A stretch of 64,000 nucleotides of DNA from Camelus ferus. Its lineage: Eukaryota. The notes below the pieces were generated by a model. The model did not search any database. It worked only from the letters and a program-made list of their open reading frames with translations, and had not been told where the DNA came from. The DNA lies in NCBI RefSeq assembly GCF_009834535.1, contig NC_045697.1, positions 17,858,001 to 17,922,000 on the forward strand, written 5' to 3'. Positions 27,281 through 39,241 of this stretch are shown piece by piece. Position 1 is the first letter of the stretch. Each line of letters starts with the position of its first letter. The position numbers were made by a program, and so were the translations under genes.

Positions 27281-27803
27281 TGTACAAACAGATAATGGCC
27301 AGACCATATATAAAAACAGAACTCTGACCCACAACCTGCAACACCTAGCCTGGGAAACCAATCTATTATTTATAGTAACCAGCCTGGGAAGCCAATCTTC
27401 CATCTGTAAGTCAGATTTATATCTATCAACCGGCCCAGGAAGCCAAACAATAATCTCTGTAGCAATTGGCCCCAAACAACCAGGACTTTGCTAGTAACTG
27501 AGCTTCTCTAATTTCTGTCCTCACTTTGAACATAGGACCAACCAGAGACAGCGCAATATGTGCCCCTAACCAATTACGTAGGATGCCCCACTTCTACTCA
27601 GCCCACCTCCAGCTTCTCCAAGCCAACAGCCTCCAATGAGGGCACACCTGAAGCCTTCCCTTTGTTTTACTGTAAAACATCCCCACTCCTCTGACTGCCC
27701 TTCAGTCTCTGCAAGTAATGATGGCTGACTCCCTTGCTATAGCAAACTCTACATAAAGACACCTTGCCTGTTTTCATTTGGTTGGTCTTCGTTTATTTCC
27801 ACA
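27281..27803 (+). mobile_element. ERVL-class solo LTR (MER54/73/74-like)
   Basis: TG...CA ends. ggccagaccatatataaaaacagaactctgacccacaacctgc near the start and internal agcctgggaa repeats. Confidence 0.6.
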
Positions 27804-27970
27804 GAAGAGAAAGAGAAATGAACTTGGGAATGAGCTTAGCACACAGACTGCAAATGACAAAGGCAAATACATTTACAAGGAATGAGCAGTATAGCAACTC
27901 TCTGTATCCCACTGATCACAAGGACTAGTGGGTTCTGATTAAGCCCTAGGAAGATGAAGTTGTTTTGCCT

Positions 27971-28006
27971 CCTTTATATTTCCTTTTTCCTTTATATTTC
28001 CTTTTT
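27971..28006. repeat. Perfect 18-bp tandem duplication
   Basis: cctttatatttccttttt, two copies. Confidence 0.85.
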
Positions 28007-30332
28007 CATACCCACCTTCAGCACGCTTTACCCCCAACTCCGTAACCTGATAGAGAAAATCTAGATCCACCATGTGCCTCTGCTTGTTTGAACTTTGAAA
28101 GCTGAGTCCAAATCAGGAGACCTTAGGAACCAGATTTAATTACTAGAATATCAACTCCGTGAGGGAAGGGAGCATGTCTGTTCAGCCCCTCTCCATGTGC
28201 CCAGTTGAATGACTGAAATAAACACATGGCTGCACTCAGAAAACACCTGTGGTCCAACACACCAAAGGTGATACAAATAGATTAGCCACATAGGAGCCAA
28301 AGACTGGGGTCATCCCTCCGCAGTGATTTGTCCTGTGATGCTCAGCACTTAGTTGGATCCAGCTGCATTTCTAACTCTGTCTTTCTTTTGTGCTCACTGG
28401 ATAGTAAACATGAATTGCTATTAATAATAATTTTCCACTGCACGTCCAGAACAATCCATCCAGAGAAAATTGGAACTTCTTCTTTGCTGAGGTCCAGTCC
28501 CATCAATTGGATGCTCATTTTATAGAAAGGCCATTGAGCAAAATTAATGTACCCAAACAAATAGAGTTTGTCCTTGTAACTGATTCTGAGTATGACAGGA
28601 AACAAAAGGGCCGCCTTAATGGTCTCCTCTGGGAAATTTATTTTCAGAACATTGAGTTATTTCCTTCTACTTGACCAGATTAGATTAAAATCTTTGATAT
28701 AAAAAAAAAGAGAAAGAAAGGAAGAAGACTAAAACTCAGTTGTCTGTTTTCATAGAAATCACTTTGAGATCTAGCTTCGTTTAAATTCACTTGTTATTGT
28801 CCAAGTCAAATAATGTTATAATCTTAGGGTTATTTTACTTTTTTCCATTTGACACTCTTTTCCCCCCATTTTCTTCACACCGTCCCCAGCATGTTTTACC
28901 CCTGGCCTCCTGACCTGAAAAGGTAAAGCGAGAGCCGCCGTATGCCAGAAATGAGGAAGCTGGAGCCGCTTTAAAATACTACTATACCTTGCCACGAGAT
29001 AACACTTCAGACTATTATCCAGAAACTCTGGTCATCCTTTTTCTGCTGTATTGGACAGGTCGGTGAGGGCACCTGTCTCACTCCCAGTCACTGGTGGTGG
29101 CTGGGAGGAGGCCTCTCCCACAGCCTCTGGAATGTTCTATTCCATGTGCTCTGCCTGCCTTCTGACCAACTCTGTCACAGTCAGTTGGACCTAAAAGCAG
29201 CCAGTTTGTGGGCTAACTTGTGAAGTGGCCAGGCATGACAAGCTCTGTTCAGACAGGAGAGATAGTAAGAAAAGGAGCCAACCAGGGTCCCTCGGTCAGA
29301 AATTAGATTTAGAACATATGGAGAGAATCCATTGGGTTCAAGAAGTGACTCTGAAAAGTTGCAAAGAGAAGGCAGGAGGGAGCCTATGTTACCCATAAAC
29401 AGCTACCACAAGGCAGGAAGGCGTGACGGGACAGGATGCTGCTGGTGGGTTATTAGTAGGAGAGAAGCAGAAGAGATGGGACAGAGCTGCATCAGCACAA
29501 TGGCCAGGAAATGGGTGACGCTTTGTGCCGCGAGGCAAGGAGGGAAGCCACTTCCTGATCAAGTTTCCCTCAAGTTCAGCTGGATGGCACATGAACTTCC
29601 TATCATCGTGTATGTACTTAAAAAGACACACAAAACACAACTGCAGGAACCTGAGCGTGCTTCTTTTTTTAATACAAAATAGCTGAACACACACACTCCT
29701 CTAAGAACCTTGCCACATCTGTTGGATCTTAACCTTCCTGCAAAGAGGAGTAGCAAAGTGGAGAGAAGCAAGAAGTTACAGGCAGAAGTTCTAATCCAGC
29801 TTCGCTACTAATTTGTGAGTAATCATAAGTAAGAGGCTTATCATCGCTAAACCTGTTACTTCAACCATAAAGTGGAATTGGACCAGACGCATTCACTTGG
29901 TAACCGTGTATTGAGTGCCTGCTGTGTGGCAGGTTCTGTCATGGCTAATGGGACCTAACAGTGAACTAAGCACAGGTTTTGCTCCCTGGGCTTATATTCA
30001 AGTTACAGGTTATTACAAAATTGTATGATGTTAGCACTAGATAATGAATTTCTTTTAAGGCAATTTGAGTTGGGACTTCTGTTTTTGCTGCCCATGACTT
30101 CTTAACTATTTTGGGGACTTGAGTAGAAGTGAGAGTCCAGTTAGGAAATCACTGAAGTAGTCAAGACAGAGATAATGATGGTTTCGACAAGGGTGGTAGT
30201 GGTGCAGATAGAGAGAGAAGTTAATGATTCAAGAGATTTTTCAGAAGGAGAATCAATATGGCAAGGGGTGGATGGATGGAAGGATGGATAGATTAAATCA
30301 CTAAGGAAGTACTGTGCCACTTTTACAATGAC

Positions 30333-30680
30333 TATCTTAGTCCATTTGGGCTGCTGTAACAGAAATACCACATGCTGGAGGCTTATAAGCAACAGAAATT
30401 TATTGGAAGCTAGGAATTCCAAGATTGTGGCACCAGCAGATTTGTTGTGCGGTGGAAGCCTGCTTCCTGGTTAAAAGGCAGCCATTTATTCACTATTCAC
30501 ATGGTAGAAGAGGGTAAAGGAGCTCTGAGATCTTTTTTATAAGGGTGCTAAATCCTTTTATGAAGGTTCCCACCCACACAACCTAATCACCTCCCAAATG
30601 GTCCATCTCCAAATACCATCACACAGAGGATTAAATTTTAATATATGAATTTTAGGGGAACACAAACAGTCTATGGCAAT
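30333..30680 (-). mobile_element. MLT1A-like MaLR LTR
   Basis: tcttagtccatttgggctgctgtaacagaaataccac...ggggaacacaaacagtctatggca. Confidence 0.75.
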
Positions 30681-31514
30681 TATGTAATAGCTTAACATGT
30701 CATTTGAAAATTTCTTATGGACCAGAAATGACTGCAGTTATACATCTGAGGTTCTTTTGCATCTCATTTGTTGGCCGAGTGTGCCAACTCTGAGGTAGAC
30801 ATTAAAAACAGTTTCAACATGTAAGCTTGTTTATTAGTCTATGTCAGAGTCCGAATGTCTAATTCTGGGAGCAGAAACTACCGTGCAGCCACTCTCCAGT
30901 GTTTCCTCGGAGCTGTGAGTGACAATTTCCAATTGCCAGAGCTTCCTTGAACAAATAAAGTTTTCCTTTATTCTGAGGCCAGCTTGATGGGAAAGCCTAG
31001 AAGAAAAGCAGCCTCCAGAAGGGAGTGGCCAGAGGTCATTTCAGCATAGCCAGGGCATCTTCGTGGGTGGCTTGGACAGGTTTGCATATGTTTACAAGCG
31101 TGTGCATCCTGTCATCTGACTGCACCTGGATCCTTGCAGGTGGACCCATCACACACCCAGCGAGGAGGGGACTGTGTGAGGAAGTTCAGAGTACATTCAA
31201 GACATCCTGAAGCGTTAATGAAACCACATACAGCATATGGTGTTTCATAGGCAGATTTTCTGGCAGATTTCCTTCAACAAAGAGCTTTCATTGTGCGGTT
31301 TGGAATCATGGTCTTTACATACATGGAAAAGTATTAAATCTGGTCACATACAGAAAGCAATTTTCCTTATCTTTTTTGTGACCACTTCTTAGGTTTGTTC
31401 CATGGTTTCCTTTTTTTGTTAGTCACAGATTCCAGGAAAGCTGTGCTACTAGACACACTGAGGTTTCGGTAGGAGACATTCCATCTGATAATGACAGGTT
31501 CAAGTTACTGTGAT

Positions 31515-31945
31515 GAGGTTTTACAGTGGGTTGAATAGCATCCCCGGTAAAAAAACAAAATCACGTCCATTCAAAACCTCAAAATCTGACCTTATCTGAA
31601 GATGCGGTCTATGTAGATGTAATTAGTTAAGATGAAGTCATACTGGATTAAGATGAGCCCTAACTCTAATGACTGGTGTCCTTAAAGAAGAGGAGAGGAC
31701 AAGCGGAGATACATAGAGAGGCGCAGGCTCTCTGACGGTGAAGCAGAGATCGGAGTGATTTATCCACAAGGACAGGGATGGTTGCGAGCTACCAGCAGCT
31801 GGAAAAAACAAGAATGGATTTTCCCCAAGAGACTTTGGAGGGAACACGGCTCTGCCGACACCTTGATTTCAAACTTCTTGCCTCCAGAACTGCCTTAGAA
31901 TAAATTATTTTTTTAAAGCACCCAGTTTGTGATGGTTTGTTAGGG
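31515..31945 (+). mobile_element. MLT1B/C-like MaLR LTR
   Basis: gggttgaatagcatcccc...gtaattagttaagatgaagtcatactggatta...ggtttgttagggcagttccaggaaactaat. Confidence 0.8.
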
Positions 31946-32699
31946 CAGTTCCAGGAAACTAATTCAGGCTTCAAAGGCTGAGCCCCAGATCCCCCTGCAG
32001 ACCTGCACCTGCTTGCCCCACTTCTCCTCCAGGGGCTTAATGATTTGACCTATTTCCCTTTTTTTCAGCAGCTATGACCACCCACTCGCCTCCCCTCTCC
32101 CAAGCCCAGCAGCAGAGTGATACCCAGTTTTCCCAGCTCCCCATTTTCCTGCTCACAAGCTCACAGTCCTCTCTTTGTTTTCATTACTTTTTTAGTGATT
32201 ACTACAGACAGACAGGCAACCACACAAGTTAAGAGTGTGGGGGAAATTACAAGGTTCATGACACTTAAACCACAGTTCCTGTACTCTCTCTGGTGCCTGG
32301 ATTTATTTAGCGCGTGCAATTAAATTGGCACTTGGGGTTTTTTTGTTTGTTTGTTTTCTATCTGTTCAAACAAAAAAACAAAGAAAAATTGAATTGTATA
32401 CTTCTATACAATTATAAATTTTTTTTCAGTGTTTCCTAAAAATAATATAAATTGCACAAATTGGAAGTACCAAAACATTTTAATCAGGTACCTTTATTTT
32501 TAACCACCACCGTAGCCTTGTGTCACATAAACCCATCCCAATCCCCAGCCAGAATTTTGGAAAAGAAAAATCTGGCAACTCCTGGCTTAACTCTCTTCTG
32601 AGGTGTCCCCTGAGGAGCTAGGCTACTGTCCTTCCTGTTGATTCTGAAGCATGGGGCTGACCAGCCCTTTCCCTCTTTTCTTGCTGAGATGTGTCCTTT

Positions 32700-33245
32700 C
32701 ATTTGGAAGCTCTTCTTCTCTTTTGGCAGCTCTGATCATCCTGAAGAGGTCATCATGGCCCTTGGCTGACACCTGGGAACCTGGATTTCAGGAGGGTTCC
32801 CACCCTTTCAGATAAGAGTAATTCACTGTGCCTGAAATGTGCAAACCATATGGTTTATGCTGAACTCTTGCCTTGTTTCTGGGGATCTGGAATTTCAGTA
32901 GATGCTAGGCAGAGGATGCCTACATGACCAGCCCCAATTAAAACCACGGACACTGAGTAGCTAAGGAGTTTCCCTGGTAGAGAACATTTCACATGTGTCG
33001 TCACAATGTGTAGTCTGGGGAGGTAAGAACATCCCGTCTGCCTCCACTGGGAGGGGGCTCTTGGAAGTAAGTGCCCGGTTTCCTCCCATCTTCGTCTCAG
33101 GTGCCTTTCCCCTTTGCTGATTCTGCTTTGTATCCTTTCACTGTAATACATCACAGATGTGAATATGACTATCTGCTGAGTCCTGTGAGTCCTCCTAGTG
33201 AATCATCAAACCTGGGGATGCCCTTGGGGACCTCCCAACCCAGGC
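32700..33245 (+). mobile_element. MER21C-like LTR
   Basis: gctaggcagaggatgcctacatgaccagcccc...gagtcctgtgagtcctcctagtgaatcatcaaacctgggg. Confidence 0.75.
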
Positions 33246-33999
33246 TTTCATAGTGACATTTGTCCTACCAAATATTAATCCTACCAAAGAGAAGTTGGGG
33301 GGCTGATGGCTTTCATTACAAAATTTGTTTACAGAACTCCTTTAAGTATAATTTTACCTATTCATTCATTTGTTCGTGAATTTATAAAACTTTTGTCAAG
33401 CACACAGCATGTTCTAGTCACTCTCCTAGGAACTGGAGGGAGTGAGAGAAAAGCAAAGAACATCACATCCTTCCCTACAAGGGCCTCACGGTTTCACAGC
33501 ACCTTTGAATAGAGAAATAATTAAACCTCAGTGGGAGAGGCGCCATCGGAGGAAGTCAGAGCAAGGATCTGGGGAGAATACAGGACAGAGACATGATGAT
33601 CTCTGCTTAAGAAAGTGAAGACAATGTTCCAAAGGAATTGACATTAAACTGGGATTTAGAGGTCAAGTAGATGTTGACCAAGTGATGAAGAAGGTAGGGA
33701 TATCCTGTCAGCAAGAATAAAGTCAGAGGCATGAAATAACTGGTTCTAGAAATAGGGAGAAGTTCAGGATGGCTGTAGCTGGGACGGGTGTAATACAGGG
33801 TTGATGTCAGAGGTTGGAGCCCAGACTGTGGGAGGAATTACATGGTAAATTACAATTATTATATGGTAAATTTTTAGGTTTATTTTGGTTTTGGTGAGCA
33901 ATGGGATGACATTAGAAACTAGTAACAATAATCAGAACTGTGATTTAGAAAGAACCTTCCATTGGTTTCCTAAGTGAAGAAAGGCTGTATGATAGAACG

Positions 34000-34230
34000 G
34001 CTAACAGGGTGGAGCCAGGCTGCCAGTGTTCCAACACTAACCCTGCCACTGACATCCGGGTGATCTGGGACAAATCACTTCACCTGTATAGGCCTTAGTT
34101 TCTGCATGTGCAAAAAGAGGGTAATAAGAACCCCCACCACAGTGGGTTGTTGTGAGGGTGTGTGTGCTAATAAACTCAAAGCATGTGGAATAGCATCTGG
34201 TTCTCAATAAACTGTAGCCTTCATTATTAC
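34000..34230 (+). mobile_element. MIR SINE
   Basis: gtgatctgggacaaatcacttcacctgtataggccttagtttctgcatgtgcaaaa...gggttgttgtgagg. Confidence 0.7.
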
Positions 34231-34914
34231 CGCATTAAAGCAGCATTTGTTTCACAAGCATTTCAGATGCATATAAGTTTTTGGGAACAGGTTCTGCTTA
34301 AAGCAAGATCTGTACTACTATGAGATAAATTTGGGAAATGACAGAAAACTGGGAATTAAGTTTTATTTTAATATATCTGTATTCAAGTCACAACATATAC
34401 ATGAGCATATTGAAGTGGAGCAGAATGCAAAGTCGGAGGGCTCATCTAGAGGATATTTGTGTTTCCTCCAGGCAATAATAGATTACCCACGAAGCAAAAG
34501 TCCACTGCAGCCAGCTAAACAAAGGCGATACAGATTATCATCTAAGTGGCTATTATCAGATTTGCTCAAAGGCTAGTGTTCTTTCTGTTTTCCATACTTA
34601 CATGTGGTATTTCAGTTGAATCATAACCTTGAAAATCAACCACATCTAATTAAAACTTTCACCTAAGTAGTTCTTGTTTCTATTTTTTCCCCATTGCGGT
34701 AAAAACCTTGTAATGTACTAAAATCATTTTAGTCACTTTTTAGTAAAAGCACACACACAAAATTAAAACAGTACAGAAACATATACAGAAGTAGAAGCTC
34801 TAGAATTTTCATATAGAAGGGATTTAGAAGTAACCATGTATTTGGAACAGTCTTCTCTCAGATAGCCTAATAGCTGTCCCTGTCAACCTCCAGCCTGTCA
34901 ATTCTGAGTGTTTG

Positions 34915-35242
34915 CCTGTTGCAGTAGTTTCTTGCTGCTGTTGGCGTTCCTTGGATTTCTTGGCTTGTGGCCATATCACTCCAATCTGTGTCTCATCTTC
35001 ACATCTGCCTCCATATGTGTCTTCTGTCTCAAACTTCCCTCTGCCTTTCTTTCATAATCATTCTTGTCATTGGATTTAGGGCCAATTAAGATAATCTGGG
35101 ATGATATCATCCCCAAATCCTTAACTTAATTACATCAGCAAAACTTTTTTTTTTCCAAATAAGGTAACATTCACAGGTTCTGGGGATTAGACATGGACAT
35201 ATTTTTGGTGGGGGGGGGGGACCACCATCCAACCCACTACAA
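34915..35242 (-). mobile_element. MLT1C/D-like MaLR LTR fragment
   Basis: ttcttggcttgtggccatatcactccaatct...ttttccaaataaggtaacattcacaggttctggggattag. Confidence 0.75.
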
Positions 35243-35487
35243 TCACCCTGTATGAAATAGCACCCACCCATTCACACCACATCATTCTGTACTCCTCATC
35301 CCACATTACTCTTTTTCACAACGTTTGTCATTATTTCACATTCTAATATTCCACTGGCTACTTTTTATTTTTTGTCTTCTCCATGAGAATGGAAGCCTCA
35401 TGAGAACAGAGTTGTAGTCTCTCCTCTCTCCCCAGCACTACAATAACACTTGGCACCATTTGTTTGTTGAATGAATGGAGGAACTAG

Positions 35488-35969
35488 TGTGGACAAAGAA
35501 TGCTGCCTGCCATATCAGTAAACGAAGACTACTGCAGCCATCAAGCCATCAGCCACTGCAGCCACCTCTGTAGGTATACCTTGAGGGGATTAAGGATGGA
35601 AAAAAACAGGATACTGGCCACAGTTAAGGTGAACATCAAAGGAATAATTTCATTAAGTGGAGACTCTTGCATCTTCCCATAAATAGAAAGGCATTAAATT
35701 CACTCACTCGAGATGTCTGCTTTTTCTTTAATTAGCAGTAATCTTTTGATGTTCGACTACTTTTTTGTTTTTGTTTTTGTTTTGGGGGGTGGGTTTTGTT
35801 TGTTTGACTGTTTTGCAAAAACTCACATATTTCCTGGCTCCTCCCTTATCTCTTTTAACTGTCTCTCAGAGCTTTCTGAGAGGCTATATCCCAGGCTTAA
35901 GTCCTCATTAATTCCCCAAATAAAACATAATTCTCAACTTTAGGTTATGCTTATTTTTTTCAGTCAACA
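35488..35969 (+). mobile_element. ERV1-type solo LTR
   Basis: TGTGGAC...GTCAACA inverted termini. AATAAA at about 35919. Flanks CTAG and CCAG form a 4-bp TSD with one mismatch. Confidence 0.7.
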
Positions 35970-37639
35970 CCAGGAAACTTTCTTAAATCCAAGTTCGCTA
36001 AGTAAGGATGCTACTTAGGGGGGTGAAAATAATGATCATTTGGGGTGCCCTGGAGGGAGGGTTGCTAATGGAGCCCAACCAGTATCACCAAGTCACCCCG
36101 TGGTCCCACCACTGTATATAGAGAGAAAAGCAGATTTCATGCCCACCCCGATCTCCAATCTCCCATTCCCTCTCCAGAGTTGATCACTGTTACCACTTTT
36201 CTATGTATATTTCCAAAAACATTCAGTGCATGTACATGCATCTAAGATTAAGATTAATCTTCAAGAGTTATATGGTTATGTGAGTTCATTTCTTAGAAGA
36301 ATTGAACATTTGTTTAAAATGTCCCTTTAAAGCAAAAGTTCTTATTGTTTCAGGAGGGCTATGGACTCACTGACTTTCCAATTAAAGCCAAACTCAACTC
36401 CATCTCACATAGCCCAGCCTCATAAATCCCCTAAACCTCTAATCTTATCTTGTGTCATTCTCCACTCCTTGGGTTCTAGCCAGAGAGTGGAGAGGTGGTC
36501 AGGACCTTCAGCAAAGGGCTGGAACTCTTGGTATGAGATTTGTATTGAAAGACAACACACAGTGAGGCCCTGGACCACCTCTTGGACTCAGTGTCTTGTT
36601 TCCCTGTCTCACCACTGACTCTCTTCCACTCTGCTTGTGGGAGCTCTCCAGTGCCTAATATGCACCAAGAACTCCTCAGGGCCTTTGCTCAAGCTTTCCC
36701 ATCTGCCAGGATTGCTCTTCCCCCCATTCTTTCCATAAACAGCTCTTTCTCATCCCTCAAGTATCCACCTAAATTTCGCCTGCCCTGTGAAGCCTTGCCT
36801 GAATGTCTATTTCCCAGCCAAAAGCAGCAGCTAGATTGCTAGGGGAAAAAAAAAGAGATCAGAAATTTCAGATTGGATTTTACTCCAGCCAAGCTGCTTC
36901 CCTACCCCTTTATTCTCTTTCTTAACCCCCTTTTCTGATCTTGGCCCCTCTTATATGCTCTTATAGCAGCCTGTACTTCCTCCACATGGCTCTTAGCATA
37001 CATATTACAACTGCCTATTTATCTGTAAATTCCATCTCATCATAATCTCTACTAAGGCAAAAACCTTGAGATCTTTGTTGAGATCCGTGAGTCATTCTAA
37101 CAAATTATAGAACCCAAAGAGGTCACGCACAACCCCCGTCCTCCCCCCCCACCCCCAGTTATAGCCAGTTGGTCACAAATGGGGCTGGCCTGGGGACCCC
37201 TTAAAATGCATCTGGCATCTGGAGTAAGGGCAGTCTCACAGAGGACTGACCCCTTAACTCGTGGCATCTGTGCTAACTCTGGGTGGTTAGTGGCAGAACT
37301 GAAATGTAGTACACTTGTTGGAACTGGAAAGACTATCTTGAATCTTCCAATAGCTCCTTGTTCTGGGATGTAAAAAACTTGAGCCTACTAACAAAGAAAT
37401 ACAGGTGTTGGCAAATCCTCCATTAACAAAAGCCTCAGAAGGTAGCAGCAGTGCTTCGTGTCTTTTCCTGTTAAAGGAGCATTATTTCAAAGGTGATGGT
37501 GACATTGGACATGGCGCGTTTAGGCCTGTGTTAGGATGTTCTGAATACATAGGTGTCACTAGAGTGAGGTTGTAAGAGTGATGACAAGTTTCATTTAAAG
37601 ATCTTGCATCTTTTAAACCCTGACTACTTTCAAAGAATG

Positions 37640-38415
37640 GACTCCTAAGGAAGTATTCCACAGGAACAAGTTAAGAAAGATCTGAGAAATAGTGAAGGCA
37701 GCAGAGCCTTAGAATTTAAAACTGCTATCTTGACACTGGTATATATTTTAACGTGTTTATGTGAATTGAAAAAAAGTCTGCTTTCGCTGATTGACTTGAT
37801 AATGAACGTTGGCTTTACCAATCAACTTTTAAGTTAGATGTTTTACATACATCGAATGAGCCAAATCTGCAGAGTAAAATTCTTAACTCTCAAAAATATG
37901 TTTAAAGCTCATGATAAGATAAAAGCATTTTAATAAATGATATTGTATTGCCAAAGGCCTATAGAAATGTTAATATTTTTATTTTGTCAACACCGAGTTA
38001 AAAAATAAAGTGCCTTGAAATGAAAGAGTTACAGTACAATTATTAACAACTGATAAGTCTTCCAAAGAGCCTTTTTGGTATACTTCCCAGAAATTGAGAA
38101 AGTGAATAACTCTAACAAAAGAGGACCTAAATGAATTGCCTGATGATAGATCATAAAAAATAATTTTTGATAATAGAGTACTACATGACTTTTAGCATAT
38201 ATTTTGAAAGATCAAAGATTTGAGTGGCATTGCTACTACAAAGCATTCACCATAATCATCTATTTATTTGAAAATATTTTTTTCAGTGTTTATGTCTATA
38301 AAAATTGAAACTACAAATAGAACTAATGCTGAATCGTGACTTATCTAGCAATAATTAATATTCCTCTACTAACATGTGAACTATAGACAAAAAATAGCAC
38401 CATTCATCTCACTAA
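37640..38415 (+). pseudogene. Decayed hAT-Charlie-type transposase C-terminal coding remnant
   Basis: Ends aaa tag cac cat tca tct cac taa (K*HHSSH*), similar to the KQxHxSH* terminus of Charlie/Buster transposases. Upstream IKIETTNRTNAE resembles IKTKxRNRL. Many stops and frameshifts. Confidence 0.55.
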
Positions 38416-39139
38416 AAGATACATTTCCATAAAAATATGCCATAGGAGGTTATATCAGACTAATCCTTTTATAGATAAAAGTTATATATGGGATAAAATA
38501 TAAAAGCAATTATTTGAAGATGATGGAATATAACCAAAGGCTGGCAGGCAGGCAGAATTTGAAGGGATGCACACTCTGCAAAGAACTGAAATGCACTGAA
38601 TATGATTTATGTTCATACATCTTTTTATCTAGGGGCACTACTCAGTCTGCACTGTGAAAGTCAGCTGGAATTCAGAAAGCCACAATCTTAATGGACAGGA
38701 ATTAAAGGATGGAGCCTGGGGTTCTCAGAGCAGCTGGAAGTTGAGGATGGAAATCCTGGAAAGAAAGGAGTAATAGAAGCAAAGCACTCCAAAATCTACA
38801 CATACACTCTACCTAAATCCTTGGTTCACACCTGAACTCTATGTGCATGGGGTACAAATTAACTACTTACTAGAATACATCAACATTCATCAGAGGAAGA
38901 TAACAATACAATAAAAATTAACATATATATAAAGGAATAGGAAAGTATGACTTATAGTCCAGAGAAAAATATGTCAATAGAAAGTGACTCCAAGATGATT
39001 CAGATGTAAAAATTAGCAAAGACTTAAAAATTTTTTAAATTGTTTTTAATGCAGCCAAATATATCCATATTTTCCTTTGTGGTTTGTGCTTGTTGCACAG
39101 CTTTTAAAAAAAATCCTTGCTTGCCTCGTATCTCCTGTT

Positions 39140-39241
39140 TTCTTTTATTTTTCTTATTTATTTAAAAAAACTTTTTTCTAATGGGAATCGAACCTCGTGC
39201 ATGCTAAGCACACACTCTACCACTGAGTTATATCCTTCCCT
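39140..39241 (-). mobile_element. Degenerate vic-1-like SINE
   Basis: Reverse strand reads GGGAAGGATATAACTCAGTGGTAGAGTGTGTGCTTAGCATGCACGAGGTTCGATTCCC plus an A-rich tail. Homologous to the copy at 21361-21500. Confidence 0.8.
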
